A stretch of DNA of 64,000 nucleotides from an uncultured Odoribacter sp. (GCA_964567845.1 CAZMOG010000001.1:34540-98539), one strand, 5' to 3'. Positions 37,313 through 46,625 are shown, numbered from the stretch's first letter. The notes: generated by a model not told the origin, from the sequence alone. Numbers and translations are program-made.

Positions 37313-39190
37313 ATGAGTATATTGGATTCTATAAATAGCCCTGCCGATTTAAAGAAGCTCCCTATTGAGAAGCTTCCGGAGGTGTGCGCAGCTGTCCGAC
37401 AGACAATTATTGACGATTGCGCCATGAATCCTGGACACGTTGGTTCAAGTTTGGGGGTTGTGGAGTTGACAGTTGCACTTCACTACGTATTGGATTTGCC
37501 ATATGACAACCTTATCTGGGATGTAGGCCACCAATCTTATGCCCACAAGATATTAACAGGACGTCGCGAGGAATTTAAAAACAAACGAAAAAAAGGGGGT
37601 ATTAGCGGATTCCCCAAAATGGAGGAGAGCCAATACGACACATTTGGAACCGGCCACTCCTCTACCTCTATTTCTGCGGCATTGGGTATGGCCGAGGCTG
37701 CCAGATTAATGGGCCAGACAGACCGACACTCAGTTGCGGTTATTGGCGATGGCTCCATGACCGGCGGTATGGCATTCGAGGCACTGAACAATGCAGGAAT
37801 CTCGAAAGCCGATATGCTCATTATCCTTAATGACAACAATATGGCCATTGACCCCAATGTTGGTGGTTTAAAGGATTATCTGTTGGATATTACCGCCTCG
37901 CAAGCATACAATCGAATCAAACACAAAGTGTGGGATTCGATGAACAAAAAGAGTAAAATCATGATGCGCATTCGAGGCGCTATAAAAAAACACTACAACA
38001 ATCTTAAGAGCACCCTTTTAAAGCATAGTAACCTGTTCGAAGCAATGGGTATACGCTACTTCGGACCTTTGTATGGCCACGAAGTGATCCGTATGGTTCA
38101 TGTATTGCAACGCCTAATGAAACTAAATGGGCCGAAGTTGTTACATTGCATCACCATTAAAGGGTATGGATTCGAGGCAGCAGAAGAGAAACCAACCTTG
38201 TGGCACTCACCAAGTCGCTTTGATCCGGCCAACGGAGAGCTATTACCCGAACCGGAAAACGAATCACTAAAGTTTCAGGATGTATTCGGCGAGACCTTGC
38301 TCGAATTGGCACAACAAAATGATAAGATTGTAGGCATTACTCCGGCAATGCCAACCGGATGCTCTATGAATATCATGATGAAGGCCATGCCTGAACGTTG
38401 CTTTGATGTTGGAATTGCAGAACCTCACGCAGTGACATTCTCGGCAGGTTTGGCTGCAAAAGGAATGATTCCATTCTGCAATATATACTCTTCGTTTATG
38501 CAAAGGGCATACGACCAGATTATCCACGATATTGCACTTCAAAAACTAAACGTAGTTTTATGCCAGGACCGAGGAGGTTTGGTTGGTTCCGACGGAGCAA
38601 CACACCATGGAGTTTTTGATTTGGCAATGTTACAGCACATTCCTAACCTTATAATTGCAGCGCCAATGGACGAGAATGAGTTGCGAAACATGATGTACAC
38701 AGCACAACTCCCCGACATGGGACCATTCTCTATCCGTTATCCACGAGGACATGGATTTTTAGGCGAGGCCTGGAGAAACCCATTCGAACAACTCGAAATT
38801 GGTAAAGCACGCTGTTTAAGCCAAGGTGATAAGGTTGCGGTGTTAACAATTGGCACTACCGGTCACGATGTTGCAAAAGTTCTTAAGAAACTAAACACAA
38901 ATAGTGTTGCCCACTACGATATGCGCTTCTTGAAACCTATTGACAACAACGTTTTAGAGCACGTATTCACCAACTTCCCAACCATTATTACAATTGAAGA
39001 TGGTACGATTACGGGAGGTTTGGCCGGAGTTGTTGCGCAATATAAGGCAAAACATAACCACAGCGCCCAAATAATATCGCTCGGAGTGCCCGACAGATTT
39101 ATAAGTCATGGCACTATATCGGAGTTGAAGGCCGAGTGTGGTTTTGATAAAGAGACAATAGAAAAGGTTATTCGCAAAACTATTGATTAA
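37313..39190 (+). CDS. dxs: 1-deoxy-D-xylulose-5-phosphate synthase
   Basis: Has GHVGSSLGVVELTVALHYV, the ThDP motif GDGSMTGGMAFEALNNAG...NDN, and GLVGSDGATHHG. ATG taken at 37313, just after the TTG at 37310. Confidence 0.95.
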   Translation: MSILDSINSPADLKKLPIEKLPEVCAAVRQTIIDDCAMNPGHVGSSLGVVELTVALHYVLDLPYDNLIWDVGHQSYAHKILTGRREEFKNKRKKGGISGFPKMEESQYDTFGTGHSSTSISAALGMAEAARLMGQTDRHSVAVIGDGSMTGGMAFEALNNAGISKADMLIILNDNNMAIDPNVGGLKDYLLDITASQAYNRIKHKVWDSMNKKSKIMMRIRGAIKKHYNNLKSTLLKHSNLFEAMGIRYFGPLYGHEVIRMVHVLQRLMKLNGPKLLHCITIKGYGFEAAEEKPTLWHSPSRFDPANGELLPEPENESLKFQDVFGETLLELAQQNDKIVGITPAMPTGCSMNIMMKAMPERCFDVGIAEPHAVTFSAGLAAKGMIPFCNIYSSFMQRAYDQIIHDIALQKLNVVLCQDRGGLVGSDGATHHGVFDLAMLQHIPNLIIAAPMDENELRNMMYTAQLPDMGPFSIRYPRGHGFLGEAWRNPFEQLEIGKARCLSQGDKVAVLTIGTTGHDVAKVLKKLNTNSVAHYDMRFLKPIDNNVLEHVFTNFPTIITIEDGTITGGLAGVVAQYKAKHNHSAQIISLGVPDRFISHGTISELKAECGFDKETIEKVIRKTID

Positions 39191-39204
39191 AACCTATTTA
39201 TTAT

Positions 39205-39212
39205 TAATTTTG
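39205..39212 (+). promoter_or_regulatory. -7 promoter box TAATTTTG for the acyltransferase gene
   Basis: Matches TAnnTTTG and lies inside the ORF-track N-terminal extension. The ATG at 39234 is 22 nt downstream. Confidence 0.5.
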
Positions 39213-39233
39213 CGTAAACATTTTTTCACAAAC

Positions 39234-40364
39234 ATGACACATAATTCAGAGTACGATTCAATCAGACCCTATGAGGGAAAAGAGATTCAGGAGGCCGTTG
39301 AGCGAGTACGCACCTCTGAAGGCTTTTTGCAGGTATTTTCACAACTATCAAATGTAGAACCGGCAGTACTAAACTCTCTGTTGACCGGAATAGAAACACG
39401 CTATGACTTTCACAAAAAGGTGTGGGGACCTATCGTAGATTTCATTTTGAAAAGGAGTTCTGATGGTATTACCCATAGTGGTTTGAATGAGTTGGATAAG
39501 ACACAATCATACACCTACGTTTCTAATCACCGCGACATTATTCTTGACTGCGCAATTCTAAACTATCTTTTACAAAGCAACGGACACAAGATTTGTCGCA
39601 CCGCTGTAGGTGATAACCTATTGGTAAATCAATGGGTCGAGGATATGATGAAACTTGCATCGAGTTTCATTATTGAAAGAAGCGTATCAGTTCGTGAAAT
39701 GTTGACAAGTTCAATGTTGCGTTCAAAGTATATGCGCGAAACAATTGCAGAGGGAGAGGACTCTATTTGGATTGCCGAGCGAGAGGGAAGAACCAAAAAC
39801 GGTGATGATCGTTGCCAGCCGGCCCTCTTGAAAATGCTTGACATGAGTGGTTCAAAAGATTTCGTTGAGAGTTTCTCCGCAATGAATCTGGTAGTTGTTT
39901 CAATCTCATACGAGTGGGAACCATGCGATGCACTGAAGATTCAAGAGAACTACCTTAAACTCCACGCTACATACCAAAAGACAAAAGATTTGGATATGTT
40001 GGCAATGGTAACAGGAATGCAGGCACCAAAGGGAAGAATTCACTACTCATTTACCCCGATTACCAAAGAGGAGCTTGAAAAAATTGGTGAAATTCAAAAC
40101 AAGGGCGAGCGTATCAACGCATTGGCTCAACTATACGACACAAAACAACACGAAACATTCCAATTGTGGCCTAACAACTACATTGCCTACGATATATTGA
40201 ACGGATGCAACAAATATAGCGCGAACTACTCTGCTCAGGAAAAAGAGGCCTTTATTGGCAATATGGAGTACAAGTTGTCAAAATTCGAGGGCGACAAAGA
40301 GGAGTTAAGAACAATGTTCCTTGAGATTTACGCAAACCCTGTAAAGAATAAATTTGAGAAATAA
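39234..40364 (+). CDS. Glycerolipid (PlsC/LPLAT-family) acyltransferase
   Basis: Has the HxxxxD catalytic motif in VSNHRDIILD and an EGR block in AEREGRTKNGD. Confidence 0.7.
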   Translation: MTHNSEYDSIRPYEGKEIQEAVERVRTSEGFLQVFSQLSNVEPAVLNSLLTGIETRYDFHKKVWGPIVDFILKRSSDGITHSGLNELDKTQSYTYVSNHRDIILDCAILNYLLQSNGHKICRTAVGDNLLVNQWVEDMMKLASSFIIERSVSVREMLTSSMLRSKYMRETIAEGEDSIWIAEREGRTKNGDDRCQPALLKMLDMSGSKDFVESFSAMNLVVVSISYEWEPCDALKIQENYLKLHATYQKTKDLDMLAMVTGMQAPKGRIHYSFTPITKEELEKIGEIQNKGERINALAQLYDTKQHETFQLWPNNYIAYDILNGCNKYSANYSAQEKEAFIGNMEYKLSKFEGDKEELRTMFLEIYANPVKNKFEK

Positions 40365-40369
40365 ACAAT

Positions 40370-40549
40370 ATGAAAGTTGCAAAATACTTGATCATGGGAG
40401 CGGCATTCTTGATGGTTGTATCAAGTGCCCTTACCCTATTTGGCTCTACCACAGATGCTAAGACAATCGTTTATGTTAATATGGGAGCAATGGTATGCCT
40501 AATTGCAACCATTACCTTTATGAATTTCGATAAGAAAAATAAAAAGTAA
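40370..40549 (+). CDS. Small (59 aa) two-TM membrane protein, not in the ORF track
   Basis: Encodes MKVAKYLIMGAAFLMVVSSALTLFGSTTDAKTIVYVNMGAMVCLIATITFMNFDKKNKK, two hydrophobic helices and a Lys-rich tail. It fills the 200-nt gap before gltX. It is supported only by ORF and hydrophobicity pattern. Confidence 0.4.
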   Translation: MKVAKYLIMGAAFLMVVSSALTLFGSTTDAKTIVYVNMGAMVCLIATITFMNFDKKNKK

Positions 40550-40563
40550 GAAGGTAAATCACT

Positions 40564-42108
40564 ATGGAGAGACGCATTAGAGTCAGATTTGCTCCAAGTC
40601 CAACCGGAGCACTTCACATGGGTGGAGTAAGAACCGCCCTATTCAACTATCTCTTTGCCAAAAAGCATGGCGGAGATTTTCTACTTAGAATCGAGGATAC
40701 CGACCAGACAAGATATGTACCCGGAGCCGAGGAATACATTCAAGAGGCTCTTAAATGGTGTGGACTGATTGTGGACGAGGGCGTAGGAGCCGGAGGCGAC
40801 TGCGGTCCTTACCGTCAAAGTGAGCGCAAGCCTCTGTACAAACAATACGCATTACAATTGGTTGAGTCGGGCAATGCATACTACTCATTCGACACAGCCG
40901 AGGAGTTGGCAGCAGAAAGAGCAGCTTGCGAGGCACGCAAAGAGACCTTCATCTATAATGCACAAAGCAGAACCCACCTGAAAAACTCATTAAACATGAG
41001 TGCCGAGGAGGTTGAAAAGGCATTGGCCGATGGAGTTCCCTACGTTATCCGCTTCAAAATGCCCGAGAACGAGGAGCTTGAGCTTCACGACCTGATTCGT
41101 GGAGAGGTTCACTTCCAGACCTCGCTTCTCGATGATAAAGTACTGTTCAAAGCCGACGGTATGCCGACATACCACCTTGCAAATGTTGTTGATGACCATC
41201 TTATGACCATATCGCACGTAATTCGTGGCGAGGAGTGGCTGCCATCAATGCCATTGCACGTGTTGTTGTACAAAGCTCTTGGCTGGGAGGAAACAATGCC
41301 ACAATTTGCCCACTTGCCACTTATCCTGAAGCCTGTTGGTAATGGAAAGTTGAGCAAACGCGATGGAAACAAAATGGGATTCCCTGTATTCCCAATGGCA
41401 TTTACCGACCCTGATACAGGCGAGGTTTGGCACGGCTACAAAGAGGATGGCTATTTCCCCGAGGCATTCGTAAATATGCTTGCACTGCTTGGATGGAACC
41501 CAGGCGATGGAGATGAGCGCGAAATCTTCACAATGGAGGAGCTAATCGAGATGTTCTCGTTAGAGCGCGTTAAAAAGGCCGGAGCACGCTTCGATCCCGA
41601 GAAGACAAAGTGGTTCAACCACAAATATCTTCAAATGAAAGACAATACCGAGATTGCTGAGATGATGCAGGAGTACCTGAAGGCCGACGGCATTGAGTTC
41701 GATAACGCACGCTTAGCTATGGTTTGTGGCCTTATGAAGGAGCGAGTAAACTTCGTTAAGGAGCTATACGATGAGTGTAAATTCTTCTTCGTTGCCCCAA
41801 CCGAGTATGTTGAGAAGGATGTCAAGAAGTTCTGGAAACCCGAGAGCACCGAGCTTATGAAAGAGTTCCACGCTCTTCTATCAGAGCAACCCGTACTTAG
41901 CAAAGAGACTTGCGATGCTACCATCAACGAGTGGCTTGCAGCCAAAGGACTTGGCTACGGAAAGTGCATGAACCCATTCCGTGTTGCCGTAATCGGCTAC
42001 GCAAAGGGGCCACACATGCTCGATGTTGCCGAGATTATCGGCAAAGAGGAGACCCTTGCACGCCTTCAGCGCGCCATTGACCTCTTCCCCACCATCATTG
42101 GCCAATAA
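40564..42108 (+). CDS. gltX: Glutamate--tRNA ligase
   Basis: Has RVRFAPSPTGALHMGGVRTALFNY (HIGH-type) and KLSKRDG (KMSKS-type). Confidence 0.95.
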   Translation: MERRIRVRFAPSPTGALHMGGVRTALFNYLFAKKHGGDFLLRIEDTDQTRYVPGAEEYIQEALKWCGLIVDEGVGAGGDCGPYRQSERKPLYKQYALQLVESGNAYYSFDTAEELAAERAACEARKETFIYNAQSRTHLKNSLNMSAEEVEKALADGVPYVIRFKMPENEELELHDLIRGEVHFQTSLLDDKVLFKADGMPTYHLANVVDDHLMTISHVIRGEEWLPSMPLHVLLYKALGWEETMPQFAHLPLILKPVGNGKLSKRDGNKMGFPVFPMAFTDPDTGEVWHGYKEDGYFPEAFVNMLALLGWNPGDGDEREIFTMEELIEMFSLERVKKAGARFDPEKTKWFNHKYLQMKDNTEIAEMMQEYLKADGIEFDNARLAMVCGLMKERVNFVKELYDECKFFFVAPTEYVEKDVKKFWKPESTELMKEFHALLSEQPVLSKETCDATINEWLAAKGLGYGKCMNPFRVAVIGYAKGPHMLDVAEIIGKEETLARLQRAIDLFPTIIGQ

Positions 42109-42142
42109 CAAGTAAAAAAGGAATTTTATTCCACTCACAATA

Positions 42143-42174
42143 AACCCCAAAGTTTTTTTCCAAACTTTGGGGTT
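42143..42174 (+). terminator. Intrinsic terminator-like hairpin after gltX
   Basis: AACCCCAAAGTTT (6-nt loop) AAACTTTGGGGTT forms a perfect 13-bp stem, 35 nt after the stop. Confidence 0.65.
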
Positions 42175-42646
42175 CTCTTCATATCCACATACTCCCTCCA
42201 GATTACTGATTCTAGTGTTCATTTCACCCGTGCATTTATGATTTCGGAGAATTAGGCTGCGTAATCCGGGCTTGCTGTATATTTACATCATAGAAAAAGA
42301 AGAAACGGATTCATCACCAACATCTAATATCTGGGAGAGGAACTACCGGGACAATACCGCAAATACCACAAAAGATACTTAAACTATATGCGCCAAATGC
42401 GTGAAAGAGGTTTACACTAACGTGTGATGCTATGCTGGCGGGGACATTGCACTACCCATATACATCATCTTATCACGACTTACATTTTGATTGCAAAATT
42501 ACATATATAAAACATAAAGCAAAAAGTTTTTCACAAAATTTCTAAATGCATGCCATTGCGGCTTTGTGACAATTGAGAAAAATCCATCTATTAACATAAC
42601 TTTAGGTTATTTAATCCGGGAGCTTGTTTTTATAAAACAAATATCA

Positions 42647-42654
42647 TACATTTG
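42647..42654 (+). promoter_or_regulatory. -7 promoter box TACATTTG upstream of the 59-aa ORF / vapD remnant
   Basis: Matches TAnnTTTG, 20 nt upstream of the ATG at 42674. Confidence 0.45.
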
Positions 42655-42673
42655 CAGTAAATAAATAACAACT

Positions 42674-42853
42674 ATGGAACCAAAAAGTGGAGATAAGATG
42701 AAAGTTAATCCTAAACTAATAGGATTGAGCATCTGGATTGAGGGACAAGTCATTGACATTGAGCGTAATCCTTTCATTGGATTGGTCATTGCAATCAAAG
42801 ACGAGTTGGGACGTATATTCTTCGGTCAAATCAAATATTTTCTGCCTACATAA
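42674..42853 (+). CDS. Small (59 aa) protein translationally coupled to the vapD remnant (candidate antitoxin/partner)
   Basis: Encodes MEPKSGDKMKVNPKLIGLSIWIEGQVIDIERNPFIGLVIAIKDELGRIFFGQIKYFLPT. Its TAA stop shares one A with the next ATG (TAATG at 42851..42855). It is not in the ORF track, and the minus-strand ORF 42607..42798 overlaps it. Confidence 0.4.
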   Translation: MEPKSGDKMKVNPKLIGLSIWIEGQVIDIERNPFIGLVIAIKDELGRIFFGQIKYFLPT

Positions 42854-42960
42854 TGTTCGCAGTTGCATTTGACATAAACATTATAGATTTCCGTAAATAC
42901 TACGGGAAACCATATAATAATGCATATTACGAAATCAAAAATATACTTCGTAGATTTTGA
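42853..42960 (+). pseudogene. vapD: Truncated vapD (virulence-associated protein D, Cas2-like endoribonuclease) remnant, 35 codons
   Basis: MFAVAFDINIIDFRKYYGKPYNNAYYEIKNILRRF* closely matches my recollection of VapD N-termini (MYAxAFD...YG.PYN.AY.....L...GF). Full-length VapD is about 90-95 aa, and here a stop follows codon 35. Confidence 0.6.
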
Positions 42961-43025
42961 TACATAATCTCAATTTAAAGTTTTGTAGATACAGTAAAGA
43001 TAGTAATAAGTCAAAGAGACTCAAA

Positions 43026-44378
43026 ATGGCAAATAAAATAATAGATTATCAAGAAATTAAAATTAGAGACTTTTCTGATTTGGTTAAAGAACCTCAATAT
43101 GAATTGTATTTCAACAATGGTGATAAAGAACGACAAGAAAATGGAACCCTACGAGTTCTATCACTCTTCTCGGGATGCGGAGGTATGGATATTGGTCTAG
43201 AAGGAGGTTTTATTTGCCATAAGCATTCTGTAACCAACCCAAGTTGGATACACCATAGAATCAATGATGACTGGATTCTATTAAATCGTAATATATTCCG
43301 AACGGTCTTTGCATGCGACATCTTAGAGGAAGCACGCCTTACCTGGTTACGCTATATGTCTAGATACAATGTTAATCCCGATATTTATCACCTATCTAGC
43401 ATTGTAGACCTTGTAAAACTACACAAAGAAGGAGGTAATATATTCCCCACAAACATAGATATAGTTACAGGAGGATTCCCATGTCAAGATTTCAGCGTCG
43501 CAGGAAAGCGCAGGGGGTTTGATTCCCCTATTCTACACAATGGAGAAAAGACAAACACAGATTCTCCATCAGAAGAAAACCGGGGTAAACTATACATGTG
43601 GATGAAACAAGTAATAGACATCGTACAACCCAAAATGTTTATTGCTGAAAATGTAAAAGGACTTGTTAGTCTTGGAGATGTAAAAAAAATTATTCAAAAT
43701 GATTTTTCCTCTGCAAATGGAAATGATTACATTGTACTGGAACCTAAAATTTTACACGCTGCAAACTACGGAGTTCCTGAAAAAAGAGAACGCATTATTT
43801 TCATTGGAATTAAACGCTCTGCTCTCCATTCGAAGGCCATTGAGGCACTAGAACAAGAACAAGTTCCTATGGACTATAACCCCTACCCCGAACCCACGCA
43901 CAATTATAATGTCAATAACATGAACCTCCATAACCCTGTAAGTTGTAGAAATATTTTCAAGGGGCTTCCAGAACCCATAGAATCTATTGATTTAGCACAA
44001 CAAGTATATTCTTGCGCTAAGTTTTTAAGTAATGGTAGTCAGGGACAAACCGAAATTGATATTGATGGATTAGCTCCAACTATTCGCTCAGAACACCATG
44101 GGAATATTGAATTTAGGAGACTATCATCTGAACATGGGGGAAAAATAATAGAGGAACTATCCAAAGGAATGATCGAAAGGAGATTAACTCCCAGAGAATG
44201 TGCACTCATTCAAACATTCCCTCCCGACTATCCATTTGTTTTTCACAGATCAAATTCAAAACGATATGCCGTAAGTCCTTCCAGTGCATACAAAGTAATA
44301 GGCAATGCAGTACCCCCAATATTAGCATATAACATTGCAAGAAGGATACAAGATGTATGGCCATTATATTTCCAATAA
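43026..44378 (+). CDS. DNA (cytosine-5)-methyltransferase
   Basis: Has motif I LFSGCGGMDIGL, motif IV GGFPCQDFSVAGKR, motif VI ENVKGL, motif VIII-like GVPEKRERIIFIG, motif IX RRLTPRECALIQTFPPDY and motif X GNAVPP. ATG taken at 43026. Confidence 0.9.
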   Translation: MANKIIDYQEIKIRDFSDLVKEPQYELYFNNGDKERQENGTLRVLSLFSGCGGMDIGLEGGFICHKHSVTNPSWIHHRINDDWILLNRNIFRTVFACDILEEARLTWLRYMSRYNVNPDIYHLSSIVDLVKLHKEGGNIFPTNIDIVTGGFPCQDFSVAGKRRGFDSPILHNGEKTNTDSPSEENRGKLYMWMKQVIDIVQPKMFIAENVKGLVSLGDVKKIIQNDFSSANGNDYIVLEPKILHAANYGVPEKRERIIFIGIKRSALHSKAIEALEQEQVPMDYNPYPEPTHNYNVNNMNLHNPVSCRNIFKGLPEPIESIDLAQQVYSCAKFLSNGSQGQTEIDIDGLAPTIRSEHHGNIEFRRLSSEHGGKIIEELSKGMIERRLTPRECALIQTFPPDYPFVFHRSNSKRYAVSPSSAYKVIGNAVPPILAYNIARRIQDVWPLYFQ

Positions 44379-44379
44379 A

Positions 44380-45498
44380 ATGAATAGAGAAAGTAAGATT
44401 ATAGCTATAAGGAAGCAAGATATTGCTCTTGCGCATGAAGCATTTGTTGAACTAATGAGTAATACAGAAGCCATTCTTAATATTGCAGCTCGTAAAGACC
44501 CTATGAAATATAAAGAATTAACAGCTTCATCATTAGAGTTATGCGCTGTAGAAAAAATAAAAATAGCGTGCACAAATTCTCCATTTAATGCTAACGAGGT
44601 AAAACTTATTTCTGGACAGAAATTTCCAGACATTGTTGCAGAAAAATATTATGGGATAGAAATAAAATCAACAAAAAAAGATTGTTGGACATCCACAGGA
44701 AGCAGTATTGTTGAAACAACACGAATAGAAAACGTTGAAGACATTTATATGCTGTTTGGTAAACTCGGAGGGGATATTCCACAATTCAAATGTCGTCCTT
44801 ACCAAGATGTTCTGTATGATATTGCTGTAACTCACTCACCAAGATACCTTATAAATATGGAGTTAGATAAGGAAGATACTATATTTTCAAAAATGGGAAC
44901 AACCTATGATGACTTCAGAACTTCCTCAGACTCCATATCATTAGCAAGGCATTATTACAAACAACGAGCCAAGCAACAAAACCGTTTAGAAATGCCATGG
45001 TGGATAACTTCTGATAATCTCGAGAAGGGGCATTCATTTAATATCAAGTTATGGAATTCACTCACTCCACTAGAAAAAAGGGAATTACAGACAAAATGTA
45101 TGATTCTTTTTCCAGAAGCTCTCAATCCTGCAAGAAGCAACACCAAATATAACAACACCACCCTTTGGCTATGTTCATACAATCAGATTGTAAATCCTAA
45201 CATCCGAGATTTGTATTCAGCGGGTGGTAAAATAACACATGTCAATTACAAAAGGCTAAAACAACCAGTAGCACAGGTCTTTAACATAATAGTGGATTAT
45301 TCTGATGACATTAAAGCAATGCTTCATCGCCCTTCTGAAGAGCTATTAATGATGATCAGAGACTATAATCCTATACTTTTAAACAACAATGACATGTACG
45401 AAGAATGGCTCAATATATGTTCTACATTTGCACAAAAATATAACATACCACTTAGAGCATGGATTGAAAACAAACCCCACTTTTTGTTTTCAAAGTAA
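44380..45498 (+). CDS. Putative type II restriction endonuclease (PD-(D/E)xK) cognate to the C5 methyltransferase
   Basis: The ATG is 2 nt after the methyltransferase stop. It has a candidate catalytic motif, FPDIVAEKYYGIEIKSTKK (PD...ExK), preceded by the acidic helix LELCAVEK. I recognise no other family. Confidence 0.55.
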   Translation: MNRESKIIAIRKQDIALAHEAFVELMSNTEAILNIAARKDPMKYKELTASSLELCAVEKIKIACTNSPFNANEVKLISGQKFPDIVAEKYYGIEIKSTKKDCWTSTGSSIVETTRIENVEDIYMLFGKLGGDIPQFKCRPYQDVLYDIAVTHSPRYLINMELDKEDTIFSKMGTTYDDFRTSSDSISLARHYYKQRAKQQNRLEMPWWITSDNLEKGHSFNIKLWNSLTPLEKRELQTKCMILFPEALNPARSNTKYNNTTLWLCSYNQIVNPNIRDLYSAGGKITHVNYKRLKQPVAQVFNIIVDYSDDIKAMLHRPSEELLMMIRDYNPILLNNNDMYEEWLNICSTFAQKYNIPLRAWIENKPHFLFSK

Positions 45499-45534
45499 CA
45501 AGTTATCGAAAAAAATTAGTCATTTTTCAAAAAC

Positions 45535-46509
45535 TTACTGATACCGCTCTTCAATTTCGTTAAAGATGCTCCACAATGACTCTTTGTCGTTGGCCTGGAG
45601 CATACGGATACGAAGATCGCGGAAGTTGGGCAATCCCTTAAACATGGCTGCCATGTGACGGCGCATATGAAGTATGCCTCGCACCTCATCAATCCAATCC
45701 ATTGAAAGCTCAATCTGCTCCTTTAAAATTGAAAGTTGTTCTGCAACACTCAGGTCAGGAAGAATTTCACCTGTCTCAAAATAGTGTTTGATTTGACGAA
45801 AAATCCAGGGTTTTCCAATGGTGGCACGTCCAATCATAACACCATCTACTCCATATTTCTCGAAAGCCTCCTTTGCCTTTTGAGGGGTGGTTATATCTCC
45901 ATTTCCAAGAATAGGTATTTTTATGCGAGGATTCGCTTTGACACGTCCAATGGGTTCCCAATCAGCCTCGCCCGTGTACATTTGTGAACGAGTTCTGCCA
46001 TGAATGGCAAGAGCCTGAATACCCACATCCTGAAGCTGCTCTGCAACCGAATCGATAATGATATTGTCACAATCCCACCCCAAACGGGTCTTTGCAGTTA
46101 CAGGGATATTAACAGCCTTGACAACCTGTTTTGCCATTTCAACCATTAGCGGAATATCACGCAACAAACCGGCTCCGGCTCCTTTTGCAGCCACACGCTT
46201 CACAGGACAACCGAAATTTATGTCGACAAAGTCAGGTTTTACGGCCTCGACAATCTTTGCGGCCTCGACCATTGAGTCGATAAAACGGCCATATATCTGA
46301 ATTGTTACAGGACGCTCGCTCTCGTCAATGGTAAGTTTCTGCAATGATTTGTTAACCTCGCGCACCAGAGCATCGGCCGAGACGAACTCGGAGTAGAGCC
46401 AATCTGCCCCATATTTTTTACAAAACTTTCTGAACGGAGGGTTGGTTACATCCTCCATCGGTGCCAAAATCAAGGGTCTATCGCCCACCTCTACTCCTGC
46501 TATCTTCAT
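45535..46509 (-). CDS. dusB: tRNA dihydrouridine synthase
   Basis: Has LILAPMEDVTNPPFR, DINFGCP, and HGRTRSQMYTGEADW. ATG taken at 46509 (MKIAGVEVG). Confidence 0.9.
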   Translation of the reverse strand: MKIAGVEVGDRPLILAPMEDVTNPPFRKFCKKYGADWLYSEFVSADALVREVNKSLQKLTIDESERPVTIQIYGRFIDSMVEAAKIVEAVKPDFVDINFGCPVKRVAAKGAGAGLLRDIPLMVEMAKQVVKAVNIPVTAKTRLGWDCDNIIIDSVAEQLQDVGIQALAIHGRTRSQMYTGEADWEPIGRVKANPRIKIPILGNGDITTPQKAKEAFEKYGVDGVMIGRATIGKPWIFRQIKHYFETGEILPDLSVAEQLSILKEQIELSMDWIDEVRGILHMRRHMAAMFKGLPNFRDLRIRMLQANDKESLWSIFNEIEERYQ

Positions 46510-46526
46510 AACTTTCAATTTGGTTG

Positions 46527-46534
46527 CAAAGGTA
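46527..46534 (-). promoter_or_regulatory. -7 promoter box TACCTTTG for dusB
   Basis: Reverse complement of caaaggta, 18 nt upstream of the ATG at 46509 and inside the ORF-track extension. Confidence 0.5.
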
Positions 46535-46625
46535 TAAAAAGAGAGAGCCAAACGAAAATTTTTGAAAAAAGATATTTATCAAGGTTAAACTTTCAAAAAT
46601 GGGGCAATCTGTTAGTTTTATATTG

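Noticed and set aside
41881-42222. 113-aa minus-strand ORF spanning the gltX 3' end and its terminator
   Set aside because: It mostly overlaps gltX antisense and runs through the terminator hairpin. It has no supporting features.
42262-42625. Direct repeat TAATCCGGG...GCTTG at ~42262 and ~42612, as possible att/target-site duplication flanking an insertion
   Set aside because: Only 9 contiguous identical bases match. A match of that length within a ~480-bp region has a chance expectation of roughly 0.4. The two copies also do not bracket the inserted genes.
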